Shown here: one piece after another, positions 11,301 through 23,254 of the stretch
How the letters are laid out: every line of letters begins with the position of its first letter
Position numbering within the stretch: the first letter of the stretch is position 1
Origin: Zygnema circumcarinatum SAG 698-1b
Taxonomy: Eukaryota; Plantae; Zygnematophyceae
Direction of reading: 5' to 3'
Assembly: GCA_037447605.1 (NCBI GenBank)
Contig: CM074810.1
Coordinates: forward strand, 3,258,880-3,322,879
DNA: 64,000 bases
Notes under the pieces: model-generated
Database searches by the model: none
The model's input: the letters and a program-made list of their open reading frames with translations, nothing else
Told to the model about the DNA's origin: nothing
Made by a program: the position numbers and the translations under genes

Positions 11301-14300
11301 AAGCAAGGCCACAAGAGCGCAGTTAGCGAGTGGCGGTGGAGACGAATCTCATGCTGACTTAACATTCTGATTTTGTTGGGGAGATCCAGGTTGCGGATCT
11401 GAAGCGGCCATGGCTGATCGACTCTGGCGCTTCCACGCACATGTGTGGCGACAAGCGAATGTTACTCTGGACGCATGGAGAGGACCCGGTCATTCACTCG
11501 GCGGCAACGGAGGAGTGGCGATTACGAGGAAGGTAGTAAAGATGATCCTCGAGGAGGCCGACTCACATCATCGAAGAAGAAAGAAGCGGTTGTGCATCGG
11601 TGGCGTGCCTTCACACGGCACGAAACGAGAACTTCATGTCACGTTAGTCAAGTATGTAAAGAGAGTGCGAAGTCACCTTTGAGAGAGATCTTGTGTAGCT
11701 ACTCACTTGAGGAGTCGAGCGGTACATTTGAGGGTATGAGAAGGGAGGCACGTATTACCTTCATTATAGGAGAGAAGATGAGGTGTGATGGCCATGCTTG
11801 AGGGAGTCTGATAAATCTTTGGCATACGTAGACTTGGTCATCTAAACAGGGGCGCAGCAGAAGCTTGTTGCAAATTTGATAAAGCGGTTGAACGATGACA
11901 TAGTTGAGAAGAAATTTGAAACTTTACCCCAAAAGTGTGTAGAGGCGCCCGGAGACCCTTTTGAGGTGGAAGGAATCATTTCAGCGAGGCGGGGTAGTAC
12001 ATACGATTTGTGGCTGGCCCCGTGACACCCGGCGTGGCGGGCTCATTACTTCATCACCTTCCTCGACGATTTTTCGAGGAAAATTTGAGTGAAAATTCTC
12101 AAGTACAAGTCGAAGCTTTGAACTTTGAGATTGGCAGAACTTCGGATGGGCGAGGCGGTGTTCCGAGAAGCGAAAGGCATTTGCCTTCCGGACAACGGAG
12201 AATTCAAGTCGAAGGAGTTGGTACTTGAAGAGCTCAGCGGAATAAAGCGTAGGTACTACACTCCTTACTCCCCTCAAAGTATGGAGAGCTGGCGAGAGAG
12301 ATCAATAGGGCCATTTGGGGACATAGCGCGGACCATCTTTGATAGATTCCCCCCTTCAGGCATCTTTTTTGGGAAGGCGGTGATGACCGCCCAGCTTGCC
12401 TTAGAAATAGATGCCCGTCTTACAATGTAGGATCGAGGTTCACGAAGGTGTGGAGTGGGGAGGAAGCCAGCGATTGTCCCACACAGACTGGAAGCGCTGG
12501 CTGGCGACCGGCAGTGCGAGCGAGGCGAGAAGAAGTTGACCCACGAGCCGTGGAAGGGTACCTTCGGCTACAACATGGGCGATCGCACTACGGTGTGGAA
12601 CCTCAGCTTGGTCGGCACCGAAGGCGTTACGGTGGGCCGAAGAGGCGGTGGCTTCGGCTAGGTGAGACCCCGCACCCCAAAAGCGGGGTTGGAAATTGTA
12701 TTATGCGAGGATGTGAGGCCAGCCGAAGAGGAGCATGGGCCTCTGGGGTCCCGGCTTTAGAGGAGATCAACACGCTTTGAGAGGCGAGGGCTGGCCAGGA
12801 GAGAAGCTCTTGAGCGATGGGAAGCGTGATGGGAGGTGAACCCGAGAAGCATAGCGGGAGCGCAACGCCGGCCGGAGACGGCACCGCTGCACACTCACTG
12901 TCAGGCAGAGAACTCGGCAGCTGTGCCTTTGCATGGGCGGGGAGTCGAGGATTTGGAGGCGAGGCGAGAGGCTATGTTGTGAGCATGCCTCGGGTTTGTC
13001 GAGATTTTCTTCAACACGAGGCGGGCGCCAAGGACCTCGGAGGAGCACCCGGCGTGTGGTGAGAGCACGTCACTACGGGCCTTACAGCGAGATAACCTGA
13101 ATGCGAGGGAAAAGAGTGCCTACGGACTACGGCCGGACCTCGCGGGCTGCCTTGTTTATGATCACCCGAACGCAAACCTTTGAGGAAGCGCCGCGGCAGA
13201 GGCCGATGGAAAGTGGCAGCGGCCCGATGTCGGCGGCGAGTGGGAACCGATTTGTTGGAGAAGCGGCACATGGCGACTTGAGGAGCTGCCGAGGGGAAGG
13301 AGGGCCATTGGATGCAAGTGGGTGTTCAAGGTGAAGCGAAAGCGAGGGCCGAATTAATGGCAGATTCTGGCTGGCAATTTGGTGGCAAAAGAACTTCGGC
13401 CAGGCGTCTGAGAATACGACTGAGACAGCAGCCCCGTGGTAATTCAACTCCCTCCGTGCCCTATATTGATTGCGGCGGCGAGGGATACGCGTTACATCAA
13501 CTTCGATATCAAGGCAGCGTTTACGTCTGAGATCTCGTGAGGAGATCTACATGAATGCGGCCGAAGGAAAAGTTGTCGGCGAGGAGCATCTGCGTTTGTA
13601 GATGCTTGTGAAGAGTGCATGCCAGGGCGAAGCGAGGCACCGAGTTTGTGCGAGAAAATTGATGACCTCTGGCGGAGTAACGGATTTCTAACTTGCCTTG
13701 ATTCGAGGCGGATCATTCCGTTAATAGAGCAGGAAGAAAAGGCGAGATCTCATGTCGTTGGGATCCTAGTGGGGCGACCTCATAATGGTGAGCCTCTCAT
13801 TGGAGAATCAATGATTTGAAGCATTTTAAGGTAACTTGAAAATGTCGGACTCCAGGGAAGCGTGATATCTCACTAGGAATGCGGTTAGCGAAGGCGGGGG
13901 CGGTAGCTTATTTAACGTAGGAAGAATGCGCGCGAGATGTACTTACCCGGTTCAAAATGGAGGAATCTGTCCTTATTAAGTCCGATGAAATGTGACGCGA
14001 TTGTCGAAAAGATATGATACGGCAGTCGCGGAGAGTACGAAGATATGCAGTCGTCTGGTCGGCAATCGGGGAGTTTAATGTATCGATGATAGTACTCCGT
14101 CGACTTGAAAGCCGTGAGCTCGGCAAAGTGAGTTCATAGAATCCCGGTCACGAACATTGGGGAGTGAAGCGGATTTTGCCGGATGCGTGAAAGGAGGACC
14201 TTGGATTACGGTCTCGATTTGAGAGGGCCAACGAGTGTCGGGTACACCGGCTACGATTAGAGTGATGTTGGCCTTGTCGCGATCGGCGTCGGGATTTGTG

Positions 14301-16150
14301 TTCTGAGCGGAGGCCGATCTCATGGGCTGAAGTTACAAGATTGGTGGCGTCGAGCACGAAGGAAGTACATGGGAGGCGTGCCACCATGCGGCGAAGAGGA
14401 GGATGTGGTTCCAACATTTCTTTGATGAATGTAAGCAACTACAAACACCATTGGCTCTTTCACGGGGCGGCAGTCGTCATAGCCTCGCAGAACCACGTGT
14501 TTATGAGAGAACCAACACATTAGGGTGCAATATCGTATGTGCGAGGATTGGTAGAGGAAGGATGATAGTGGTGAGATTTGTAGGTGCAAAAAAGCGGAGT
14601 TGAGCATGTTGACCAAGGAAGTCAGCCAGGGGAGACAACTAACAGTGAAACAGCAATTGATTGGGCTAGGGCCCATGAGGCCCCGAGTCCCAGAGGAGAT
14701 TGTTAGTGTTAGTGTATGATAGTTAGACATTGTATGGCACCTGCTAACTTTATTTGTGGTACTCGGTTTGTAAAACATGGGGCTCCTGGCGTAGTGCTCT
14801 TAGATTTAGGAATATCGGTCTTCGACTTCGAATTAGCAGGTGTAGCCCTTGGTCTGTGAATCTGAGCAATGTGTGATTAGGCAGCCGTGACATGTCTTGG
14901 CGAATGAGACTGGCGCAACTTTTGATTGATGGCCTTGGTCCCTTGTCTGAGGCCTTGCCTACAACTGATTGGTTGCAGCCTTGGCCTTGGCTTGTAGGCA
15001 TATGAAAGAACGCTATACATGGGTTGTATGGCTGAAGTATTACCCATCATGATTTGCCTTTTAATGGTAAAGCAGCAGGTGAATGCAGGGAGAGGTCTGA
15101 TTCGAACCTGCTACTTGAGCGAGTTCGTTGTGTATCAAAAGCGGTTGCCGGTATTTTTGCAATCACCTAAAAACACCGTGATCTCGAGCATGGTACGGAT
15201 TGGTTGAGGAGGCGGCCAAGTCAGTAGGTCCATGTGTTGAAGAAGGAGCTTGAAACGGCGCTTTCGTGAAAACATTGCCTAGAGACGAGCCGGTTTAGAG
15301 TGAGGGAGAATGTGGCAACATATACATGAGGTTGTATGGTAGAAGTACTTACATCAGCGATTTGCCTTTTAATGGTAAAGCACTTAGGTGAATCTGCAGG
15401 GAGGTCACGAGTTGAACCTGCTGCGAGGCGGGTCCGTTACCTAAAATTCTTGTGGCGGAAGCGACATAGAAGATATTTGGCGGCTGAGCGGAATGCGCCC
15501 GCGTGGACCACTGCTTAATGTGGGTCAGCGAGTTGATGCGGCAGTGCGGGCAGCGGGAAAGGGCTTGTGGCAGCGTAGCTATGCAGACAGCGTGCTCTGA
15601 GCCGACAAGAACTAGGTAAGCGGCTGCCCGAAGTAGGTTTCTGGCGGCTGGCCGGTCGGCATTATTCACTGAAGTGCGCCCGCACCGGACTTCAGTGCAT
15701 GGGTTTGCAATGGCCGGGCGCGGCGTGACATGTGTGTCACGTCCGCGGGGCCTCATAAATACAGTGCATAGTTTTGTGTATGAGCGGCCACCGCGCTACT
15801 GTCTGAGTCTCGGGTCTTGTGCAGTATTTTTACTTTCGTCTTTGCCTAGAAACACTTTACACTTGGTAATAGAGTGGTGTAGTGAGTAAGAGGGACCTTG
15901 AAGTAGTGGGAGAACTTCATTGTGGGAAGACATTTTTATTATAAGGAGTTTTAGGCGAAGTGAGCTTTCTCTGGCATCTCATTGTGATTTCAGCTGTGCT
16001 TGTCTTGTAGCTTCATTACATTGTTATGGGCGTGGGTGACTAAGATAGAGCTTTGAGTGTTTGAATGTCTTCATGCGGTGGGAACTCAAGTTCCAATGGA
16101 GGCAGCATGGTGGCAGGAAGTGAGAACGGAGCCACAGCCCCGGCGGGCCT
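8368..16150 (+). mobile_element. Ty1/copia retrotransposon (family B), full-length architecture, heavily frameshifted
   Basis: 5' LTR 8368-10458 (TGTTAG...CAACA) and degenerate Met-tRNA PBS tggtatgtcgagc at 10461. Zinc knuckle CFKC ~11290, protease IDSGASTHMCGD ~11417, LWH.RLGHLN ~11815, integrase DNGEFKS...TPYSPQ ~12190-12275, RT ~13300-13900, RNase H MLTK ~14605. PPT agaggagat 14692-14700, 3' LTR from 14701; its right end is approximate. Confidence 0.9.
8686..9724 (+). mobile_element. Solo LTR of copia family A nested inside the 5' LTR of copia B
   Basis: Starts tgttagtgtaaagtagttaaggacttg, near-identical to 21660 onward, and ends ~ccaaca 9724. LTR B sequence lies on both sides. No PBS or PPT is adjacent. 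Confidence 0.85.
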
Positions 16151-18291
16151 GGCTGACCACCGAGGAAGGTCGCCCAGCACGATGGGCAAGATGGAACATG
16201 GATGCGCTTTATATGCGAGGGTTGAGGCGAGCGTCCTCCCACACCAAGGTGTAGGGTGATCCCAACCCGGCCTTGGTGGATCCTTCCGTAAATACACTGC
16301 CAATTTGTACCTTTCCTCAAGCTGTTTCACCAACCGCCAAAGTGGCGTTAGGAAAGGTCGCAGCGATGTCTTGAGAACGGCACATGCGACGAGAGACATG
16401 GGGTGTTTCCCATGACATGCCGGAATCATCCATGGCGCATTGCATGAAACATCGCCGCCCATGACATTGAGGATAAAGACTGCCAATCACCATTCATCAC
16501 TACATCCATAAACGGAGAGGAGGTCACTACGATTGGGGAAATGGAAAGCGAGGTGTCACACACAAAAGAGATGCGTGCATTCCCAAAGATTACGCCAATC
16601 CAATTTAGAATGTCAAGGTTACAGAAACAAATACATGAGTCATGGCTGATCTCCATCCCTTCCACAGTAACACAGCATGTCCCACCGGCGGGACCCACTA
16701 GGCTGGCGGTGAGTTGGGGAGTTTTCAGGCCCACACGCTTCTTGTCACTTGGCGTTGGAAGGCGATCCGGGGCCTTGTGCCCTCTTTCTGCATCGGGCTT
16801 ACTTGATGCTCCCGTTGCATCCGCTCCCGTCTCTTGCAGGTCAACTACGTGGCGATGCGGGGGCAGCAGCTACGGCTGCTTCGCTCTTTCTTTCCTGCCA
16901 TCTTGAGAGTTGAATCCGCCTTCCACCACCTGTCACTTCCGACCTGGTAGGCGAAGGTCTACATCGCTACTTGAAGCGTGTCAGCGAGCAGCATCAATAC
17001 GGCAGGCCGGCGGGGTCCCACGGTTTACAGTGGAGTAGGTTAGTCATAAGCTGCTTCCTCCAGTGTGGCTTGAGCCATTCTGAAGTGGAAAAAGAACTTC
17101 GGCTTGTCGAGCTTGTAGGTGGTGATTTGTGGCACCACGTAGCGATCTCCCTGCGCTTGACAACTTCTTAGGTTTTAGTTCATGTTACGGTATCCGGGCT
17201 CAAATCCAGGTCTAGAGACTAAAGTGTTTGATAAGTTCATCACGGCGAACTTGTCCCAATGAATCCCCAATCTCATCGAGAGGAACCTCACTCACATGCG
17301 GTATCTGGCTCCTCGAGTCTTTGAACAAGCAAAAGCTTACCTTTGGAGAGAGAGACGGTTGGTCATAAAGAAGGTAACCCTTCGTTTGACCCAACCACTG
17401 CTCAATCGAGCAGTCCGTGTTAGGATGTTCACCCCAAAAGGAAAGCGGGGCCACCTTGGCCCGATTCCGCTTGGCATCCTCAGTAGGTTGCGGAGGAGCA
17501 GCCCGAGGACCGGGATCTCCTCCGCCCCCAGCAGCTGCCCCAGACGGGGGTCCCCCACTGCTTGGTGGTTCGCCACCTCAAGTGACTCGCGGGAAAAACC
17601 GTGGGTGCGATTGGCCGCCCGCGAAATTCGTTGGGGCGCTTCAGATAGATTTAGGTTACCGGAGTGGTATGCTTCCAACCCCCTTCCCCGTACTCCTGTA
17701 TTCCACGCTACCGAGGGGGGGTTCGGGCATACCTTCGACGCATTCGGAGTCTCGCCGCATTCTTGAAATTCACTGAGCGGTCTACTCAGCCTACGGACCA
17801 TAAGCTCCATGTCGTCCAGTCTCCTAGGATACCCCCTAGTGTCCGCGACCACCTGAGTCACCTCCTTCCCCAGATCTGCGATCCTCTTCCTTAGGATCGC
17901 ACCAGCGCCCACGGTGATGAGCGTCTCGTCCATGGGGAAGGACGAGGGGGGCTCCGTCGCCGCTGGCAGCGGCTGCATGGGGGGAGGGGCAGTTTGCTCC
18001 GGATGGTCTTGGCCATCCGTGGGCTCGGGACTGGGCCCCTCCATAGGGATGGCCGCAGTCTCTGAATTCTCTTCCATCACCTCGTCCCGGGGGACAGATG
18101 GTGGAGGTGGCGGCCCCGAGGGCCCCGGGTCCCCTCCGGCCCGGCAAGTGGTCACCATGACCAACAGGTCCTCCTTGCAGAGGAAGGCCGCAACGTGGCT
18201 CTGATACCACTGTAACGGACCGCGGGGCTAATCCCTCCTCGGTCGTGCACGGAATCTCTCTCAGCCTGTACTCAGCGTCTGAATCAAGAAA
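16116..18291 (-). mobile_element. Second Ty3/gypsy element, 5' part: LTR end, PBS, gag, protease and linker
   Basis: PBS tggtatcagagc on the minus strand at 18198-18209 next to an LTR end at 18211. gag ORF 17337-18164 and F.GEHP....EQWL-type gag motif 17212-17454. Protease-like ISFVCDT ~16560 and linker PPRPGWDHP ~16260-16290. Confidence 0.8.
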
Positions 18292-18301
18292 NNNNNNNNN
18301 N

Positions 18302-19412
18302 TGTTCGGACACTGAGACTAAGTACAGCCCTACTGAGGGTGAGACAGCGGCTATTCTCTGGGCACTTGAGAAGTTTAAGCTCTTTACAGCTTACCAGCCC
18401 ATTGTCATTCGGACTGACCACATGCCCCTCACTTGGCTGCACATTATGGCTACTCTACGTCCCAAGTTTGCACGTTGGGTGATGAAGTTAGAGGAGTATA
18501 ATGTACTCAAGGTCACTCACCGTCCCGGACGGAGTCACGGCAATGCAGACGGCCTCAATCGAAATCCTTTGGCTCCACTTCTCTGTCACAATCCAGCCGT
18601 TCCTGAACCCATCCCGCCACCCACCCTCTTGAACCCTGAGCATCTTCCCATCGAGATTTTCATTGCCGATCAAGCTTTGCATGATGTCATATTCGCGGAT
18701 GGGCTGGTTGATATTCCTGCCACGGCCACCACCCTCCATCGCTGGCAGGACTCTGACTTCACCCACGGCCACCCTCACGCGGATCCTTGGGAGCTCCTCA
18801 TGGATGACGACGGCGACGCTCCCTTTCTTCCTCCCCATTTCCCTAGTGCCAATGATGTTCATTCTGACTCCTCTTTTCTACGTTATGTCATGACTCGAAC
18901 ATTGCCTCCTTTTATCACGGATACCCAGAGGGCTCGGCTGCTCCGCCGCGCTCGGAACTTCTCTGTTGATGATGATGGTCAAATTCTCTACCTCCCCTCC
19001 GGCCTTCCTGTTCCTTTCCCCAACAAGCGCATGGAGATTCTGGATGTCGCCCACGATGCCCAGCCTGGCGGATTCCACCTTGGCCAGAAGAAGATGGTCG
19101 CCATGCTGCAGGAGCGCTATTATTGGCCCGGACTCCATGGCGCGGTGAGCCGATACGTCAAAACCTGCACACGTTGTCAACGCGGCAAGCGCTCTGCTCC
19201 CCCCGACCGCCAACCCCTAGAGATGGGTGAGATCCCTATACGAGGCGTTGCAGAAGATTGGAACATTGACACATTTTCTATCCCACAGCTCGGCACCCCA
19301 TCTGGATACATTCGGGTATTCTTAGCAGTGGATAGGTACACCAAATGGGTGGAAGTTCACGCAACAGAATCCAAGCACTCAGTCCACTCTGCTCGACTCT
19401 TGACAGCCATCA
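18302..19412 (+). mobile_element. Ty3/gypsy pol fragment (RNase H C-part, integrase zinc finger, core start) in an intact frame between two N gaps
   Basis: YSPTEGETAAILWALEKF...TDHMPL...RW...HRPGRSHGNADGL (RNase H); AHD...H...YYWP...CTRCQ (HHCC); VDRYTKWVE (integrase core). Confidence 0.92.
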
Positions 19413-19422
19413 NNNNNNNNNN

Positions 19423-19936
19423 GCTGGATGTACTTTGCATAGCAAGACACAAAGTAGTTTATTTAGGTTGTTTGAATAAGGTTGTTGCATGCATGGTCCC
19501 GGCGCGTGTGACGTGACATGGTCACGTCACAGCCCCATACTATATAGTGAAAGTGGGTGTGTAAGTTAGTAACCTTCTTGATATGCATTGCAAGGCTATG
19601 GCAGTTTGAGGGCATGGCTTTGGCAAGAGGAGGTGGACCTTTGTGAGGAGTCTCCGTGTGTGGAGAGCTGCCTCACGTGAAGGTGAAGTGATCATGTGGT
19701 GAAAGCTTGACTAGGCTTATGGGGGCTTGAGTTGGAAAGTTTGTCATCATAAAAGGAGTTTTAGGCTGGGAGCTTTCTCCTACGTTTTTCTATTCCGCCT
19801 CTTGTGTGTTGTGTGTGCACTTGAGTGAAAAATGAGTGAGAGTGCTGCGGGCACCAGGAGGGAAGTTTCCATGGATAGTGAAGAGGGGGAAAGGGTTGGA
19901 GATGAATTTGCTTCTCATCCCTCTGCCCCTCTCACA
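19423..19936 (+). mobile_element. Fragment of a third related LTR (family C)
   Basis: Shares the gtgacgtgacatggtcacgtcac plus TATA motif and the aggagttttagg...gctttctcct motif with LTRs A and B. Confidence 0.65.
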
Positions 19937-20000
19937 NNNNNNNNNNCTTCCTCTCAAGCTCCAGCAACAGATGCTAGTAACGAGAGAGAAAGAGTTCCAC

Positions 20001-20045
<45 letters not shown>

Positions 20046-20374
20046 TTCTTGCTGATAGCATTTAGACATCCCATTCAGCCCAGCCAGACAGACATTTCAG
20101 TGAAAAGACACTTATATTGTAATGAGAATCCCCAGCCAATCGCTGGCTTGGGTGAGTTTCCAAAACACACCCTTTTTCTAAGCTGATTCCTATCTTCCCT
20201 TTGCTGCCTCTATGCCAAGCTCCAAACTTGCTGTATCCTGCCTTCCATTCCTCCCAATGACCAATGATAACTAGGAGCCTAGCAAAGAGAATAGCTGAAG
20301 AGAGAACAGAAGAAGAGAACCCCCAGGGGAGGGCTCTTTGCGCATCAAGTCCGGCTGCCAGCGGNNNNNNNNNN

Positions 20375-21961
20375 GCAACTGCTCGCCCATACAGGAACGG
20401 CAAGGGACCAAACGCAGCCAAAGATGGTGGAGAGCTGAAGACTCAGAGGACTTGCTACTCTTGTGGGAAGACCGGTCACTTCAAGAGGAACTGCCCCAAC
20501 GTTCAGAATGGCGGTTCATCCTCGAATGCAGATGCTCTAAACGAGCAAGAAGGGAGGAGGGGTGATGGCAGGTATCCCAGAGATGAACGCAAGAGGATTC
20601 ACGAGACGAACTTGATGTTCTCGGATTGGGAACCTAATGATGAGTTTGTCGGATGTGTTAGAGTTGAAAATTCAGCTAAACCTTGGGTGATTGATTCCGG
20701 TGCTTCAAGGCACATGTGCGTGGACGACTCACTCTTTGCAGAGAAGGAGACTTTGGAGGAAACCCGCTCGGTCTACTCGGCAACTGGAGAAGGAGTCTCG
20801 GGTGACGCAAGCGAAATCGTACTGGGTTGAGGTAGCTCGAGGAAGCACGCCAGAGGGTTGTCCATGTTGGTAACGTGACCGCGATACTCCCCGACTACAG
20901 ATTAATTTCTCTCAAGTTAGTCAACTCAGGTGGAGAAGGATCTATGAGCCGGTTGGTAGCGTAGTTGTGAGGTCATTCACAAGGAGACAGTGCAAGTCTT
21001 GTGCAAGGGAATCCAAAGAAGGTGGGCTTCTTTACTTCCTAGAGAAGAAGGAGGCTCAAGGGCTGAGCTATCCCTCGGCCAAGCGACCCCGTGGAGGAAC
21101 CCATTCACCATAAGATAGATCCGCACTGTAAATTTTGGAGAGGAGGAAAAGGGGATGCTAGAGCAAGCATTGAGGCCTCGTGGGGAGCAGAGGATTATTT
21201 CACAATCCATTGATTTCAGATAGCCGTGCTAAGGGGTTGAGAGTTAATCCATCACCTAAAAAGGGCGGAATAGTGGCAGAGAATGTGTATGGTAATTCCG
21301 TGATCACCGAGTTAGTGAGCTCCAGTGGAGGCCGGAAACACGGGCTTGTTGCATCCAAACAAGGACGGAGCTGGGCTGAGGTCCTTTCAACCTGTAGTGG
21401 AGCAAATTGGTACAAGGTTAAACTACAAAGGAATACCCGGTTGCTGGACCTATAAGGAGTTCAGCGGAAGCGCCCAGGATCAAGTGTGAAAGGCAACCAA
21501 GAGGAGATCAAGAGGGGGAAGATTCTCTCCTAGGCCTTTGGATCAAGAGGGGGCAGCTTGTTAGGACAAGGGAGCATTCATTTGGTTGTGGGACACTAGA
21601 GAATAGGAGTGGTCTCATGGAACTAGGACCCATGGGGAACTAAGTACCAAGAGGGGGATTGTTAGTGTAAAGTAGTTAAGGACTTGTTGTACACTAAGTT
21701 GTTGGTACTAAGTTCTAAGGAGGGGTGTGCTCAAAAGTGTCCACATNNNNNNNNNNGCTCTAGTGTTGTCAAGTTGTATTTCATCTTTATCTTAAGGAGT
21801 TTTAGGCTGGTGGCTTTCTCCTTACATTTTCATATTTCCGCTGAGTTGTTCTCTTGCATTTAGTGTGCTTTGTGTGATTGAGCAATTCATTGAAGATGTC
21901 GAGTTCTACCCAGGGTAGAGGAGAAGTGGCAGCCCCACCAAGAGAGGGCGCTGCAACAACA
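20375..21961 (+). mobile_element. Copia family A 3' part: gag zinc knuckle, protease, non-coding region, PPT and 3' LTR; lacks INT, RT and RNase H
   Basis: CYSCGKTGHFKRNCP and WVIDSGASRHMCVD. PPT caagagggggat 21648-21659. LTR 21660-21961 contains a 10-N gap. Confidence 0.85.
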
Positions 21962-22140
21962 GGACCATATTGGAACGACCAATGTTTCGCCACCCTGTCA
22001 ACCATTGCCAATGGTCGCAACCATTGCCAATGGTCGCAACCATTGGATGCCAATGGTTGCCAACCATTGTCTCGCGACCCAGCCAACCATTGCCATCCAA
22101 TGGTTGCCCAATGGTTGCCGATCCCATGTTCCGACCTGTG
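21962..22140. mobile_element. Foldback/MITE-like element, copy 1 (left end clipped by the LTR)
   Basis: Ends ccgacctgtg like 49575-49595 and has repeated internal aaccattg...caatggtt inverted motifs. Confidence 0.7.
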
Positions 22141-22169
22141 CACGTTTTCCACCGAGTAATTGAAGAAAA

Positions 22170-22600
22170 GGGGAAGTGGCATTGATCTCACGATGGCGAG
22201 GTCATCAAATGTACATGGACAACATCAGCATCATAAGGAAGGAACCACGAGGAACTGGGCGCAAAGGACCTAAGCACAATATTAGAAAAAAGCTTGGAGC
22301 CAAATTCTACGCCTCGGCTCAACAACGCTTCAAGCCCTCCCTCGACGCCGCCGCGACGGTCGCCGATCGATGTGCGCCTAAACACCCTAAAACCCTAAAA
22401 ACCCTAAATACCCTCCGCGAGAGAGGATTGATCTCTTCTTTCGGTTCTTTGTCTTTGGGTTCGTTGGATCGATACGGTACGGTTTCAAAGGCGTACGTAC
22501 AATTACGACCCCGACTACTTATCGTATCGTATTATCGCAAATTATCGACCCCTATCTTATCGCAAAATATCGTATCGTTTCGTACTGTATCGTGAAAAAG
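22170..22600 (+). repeat. Unclassified dispersed repeat, copy 1
   Basis: Core cgatggcgaggtcatcaaatgtacatgga...caacaacgc recurs inverted at ~47150-47300 and ~47575-47715. Confidence 0.8.
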
Positions 22601-23254
22601 GCGACGCACGCGGATCTTCATCAGCCTATTATTTTTGTCGTATTGGTGCCGAGTAGATTCGCGGACATTCCGTTAAGGGCACATTGAGACAGGAGTTGGA
22701 CGGCAATGGCACGTGCCACGTGGTGTCCCGGTGGCAACCATGTCAACGTTTCCGAAGGACCCTCCTCCATGACGCCGTTGCGGCAATAACTTTGATACAA
22801 CTCAGTTCCGTGAATCAGTGCTTAATTTATTTCCAGTTAAACAGGGCTGAAGCATGACGGAACTGTAGAATCAAGGAGAGCCGAGCCCGTGAAAAGTTCA
22901 GTACTGAAGGGCCTAGGTGCTGGTAATGTTTTAGTTATGACATTTCGTTGCTTTCTACGATAAAAATATTCGACCTTTTTTTTTTATCAATTTTTTCTTA
23001 CTGTAAATAACATTATCGTAAAATTTAAACAGGTTGAACATTCCAAGTGGCAAGCAATGGCCAAAAAAAGACAAAAGCCACCCAACGTGCAATAATAAAC
23101 CATGGAATCCTTCATTTTAAAAACGGAGGAAACCCCTTCAGATCCTCAGAAACAAGTACAGATTCCTAGTGGTTTTCTTTGCCGGGTAGGACCAAAACTT
23201 TCTCAACACCTTCACCAGTTGGCTCAGCGTCAAGGAGTCACAAAATAGAACTCT

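Noticed and set aside
16111-16120. Possible TSD GGAAG for copia B (8363-8367 and 16116-16120)
   Set aside because: It would make the 3' LTR end differ from the 5' LTR end, and the flanking gypsy sequences are not contiguous; may be chance.
20264-20364. ORF track joins MITRSLAK... to the copia zinc knuckle
   Set aside because: The join crosses an N gap of unknown true length, so continuity is unsupported; the same applies to ORFs 18245-19516 and 17836-18312.
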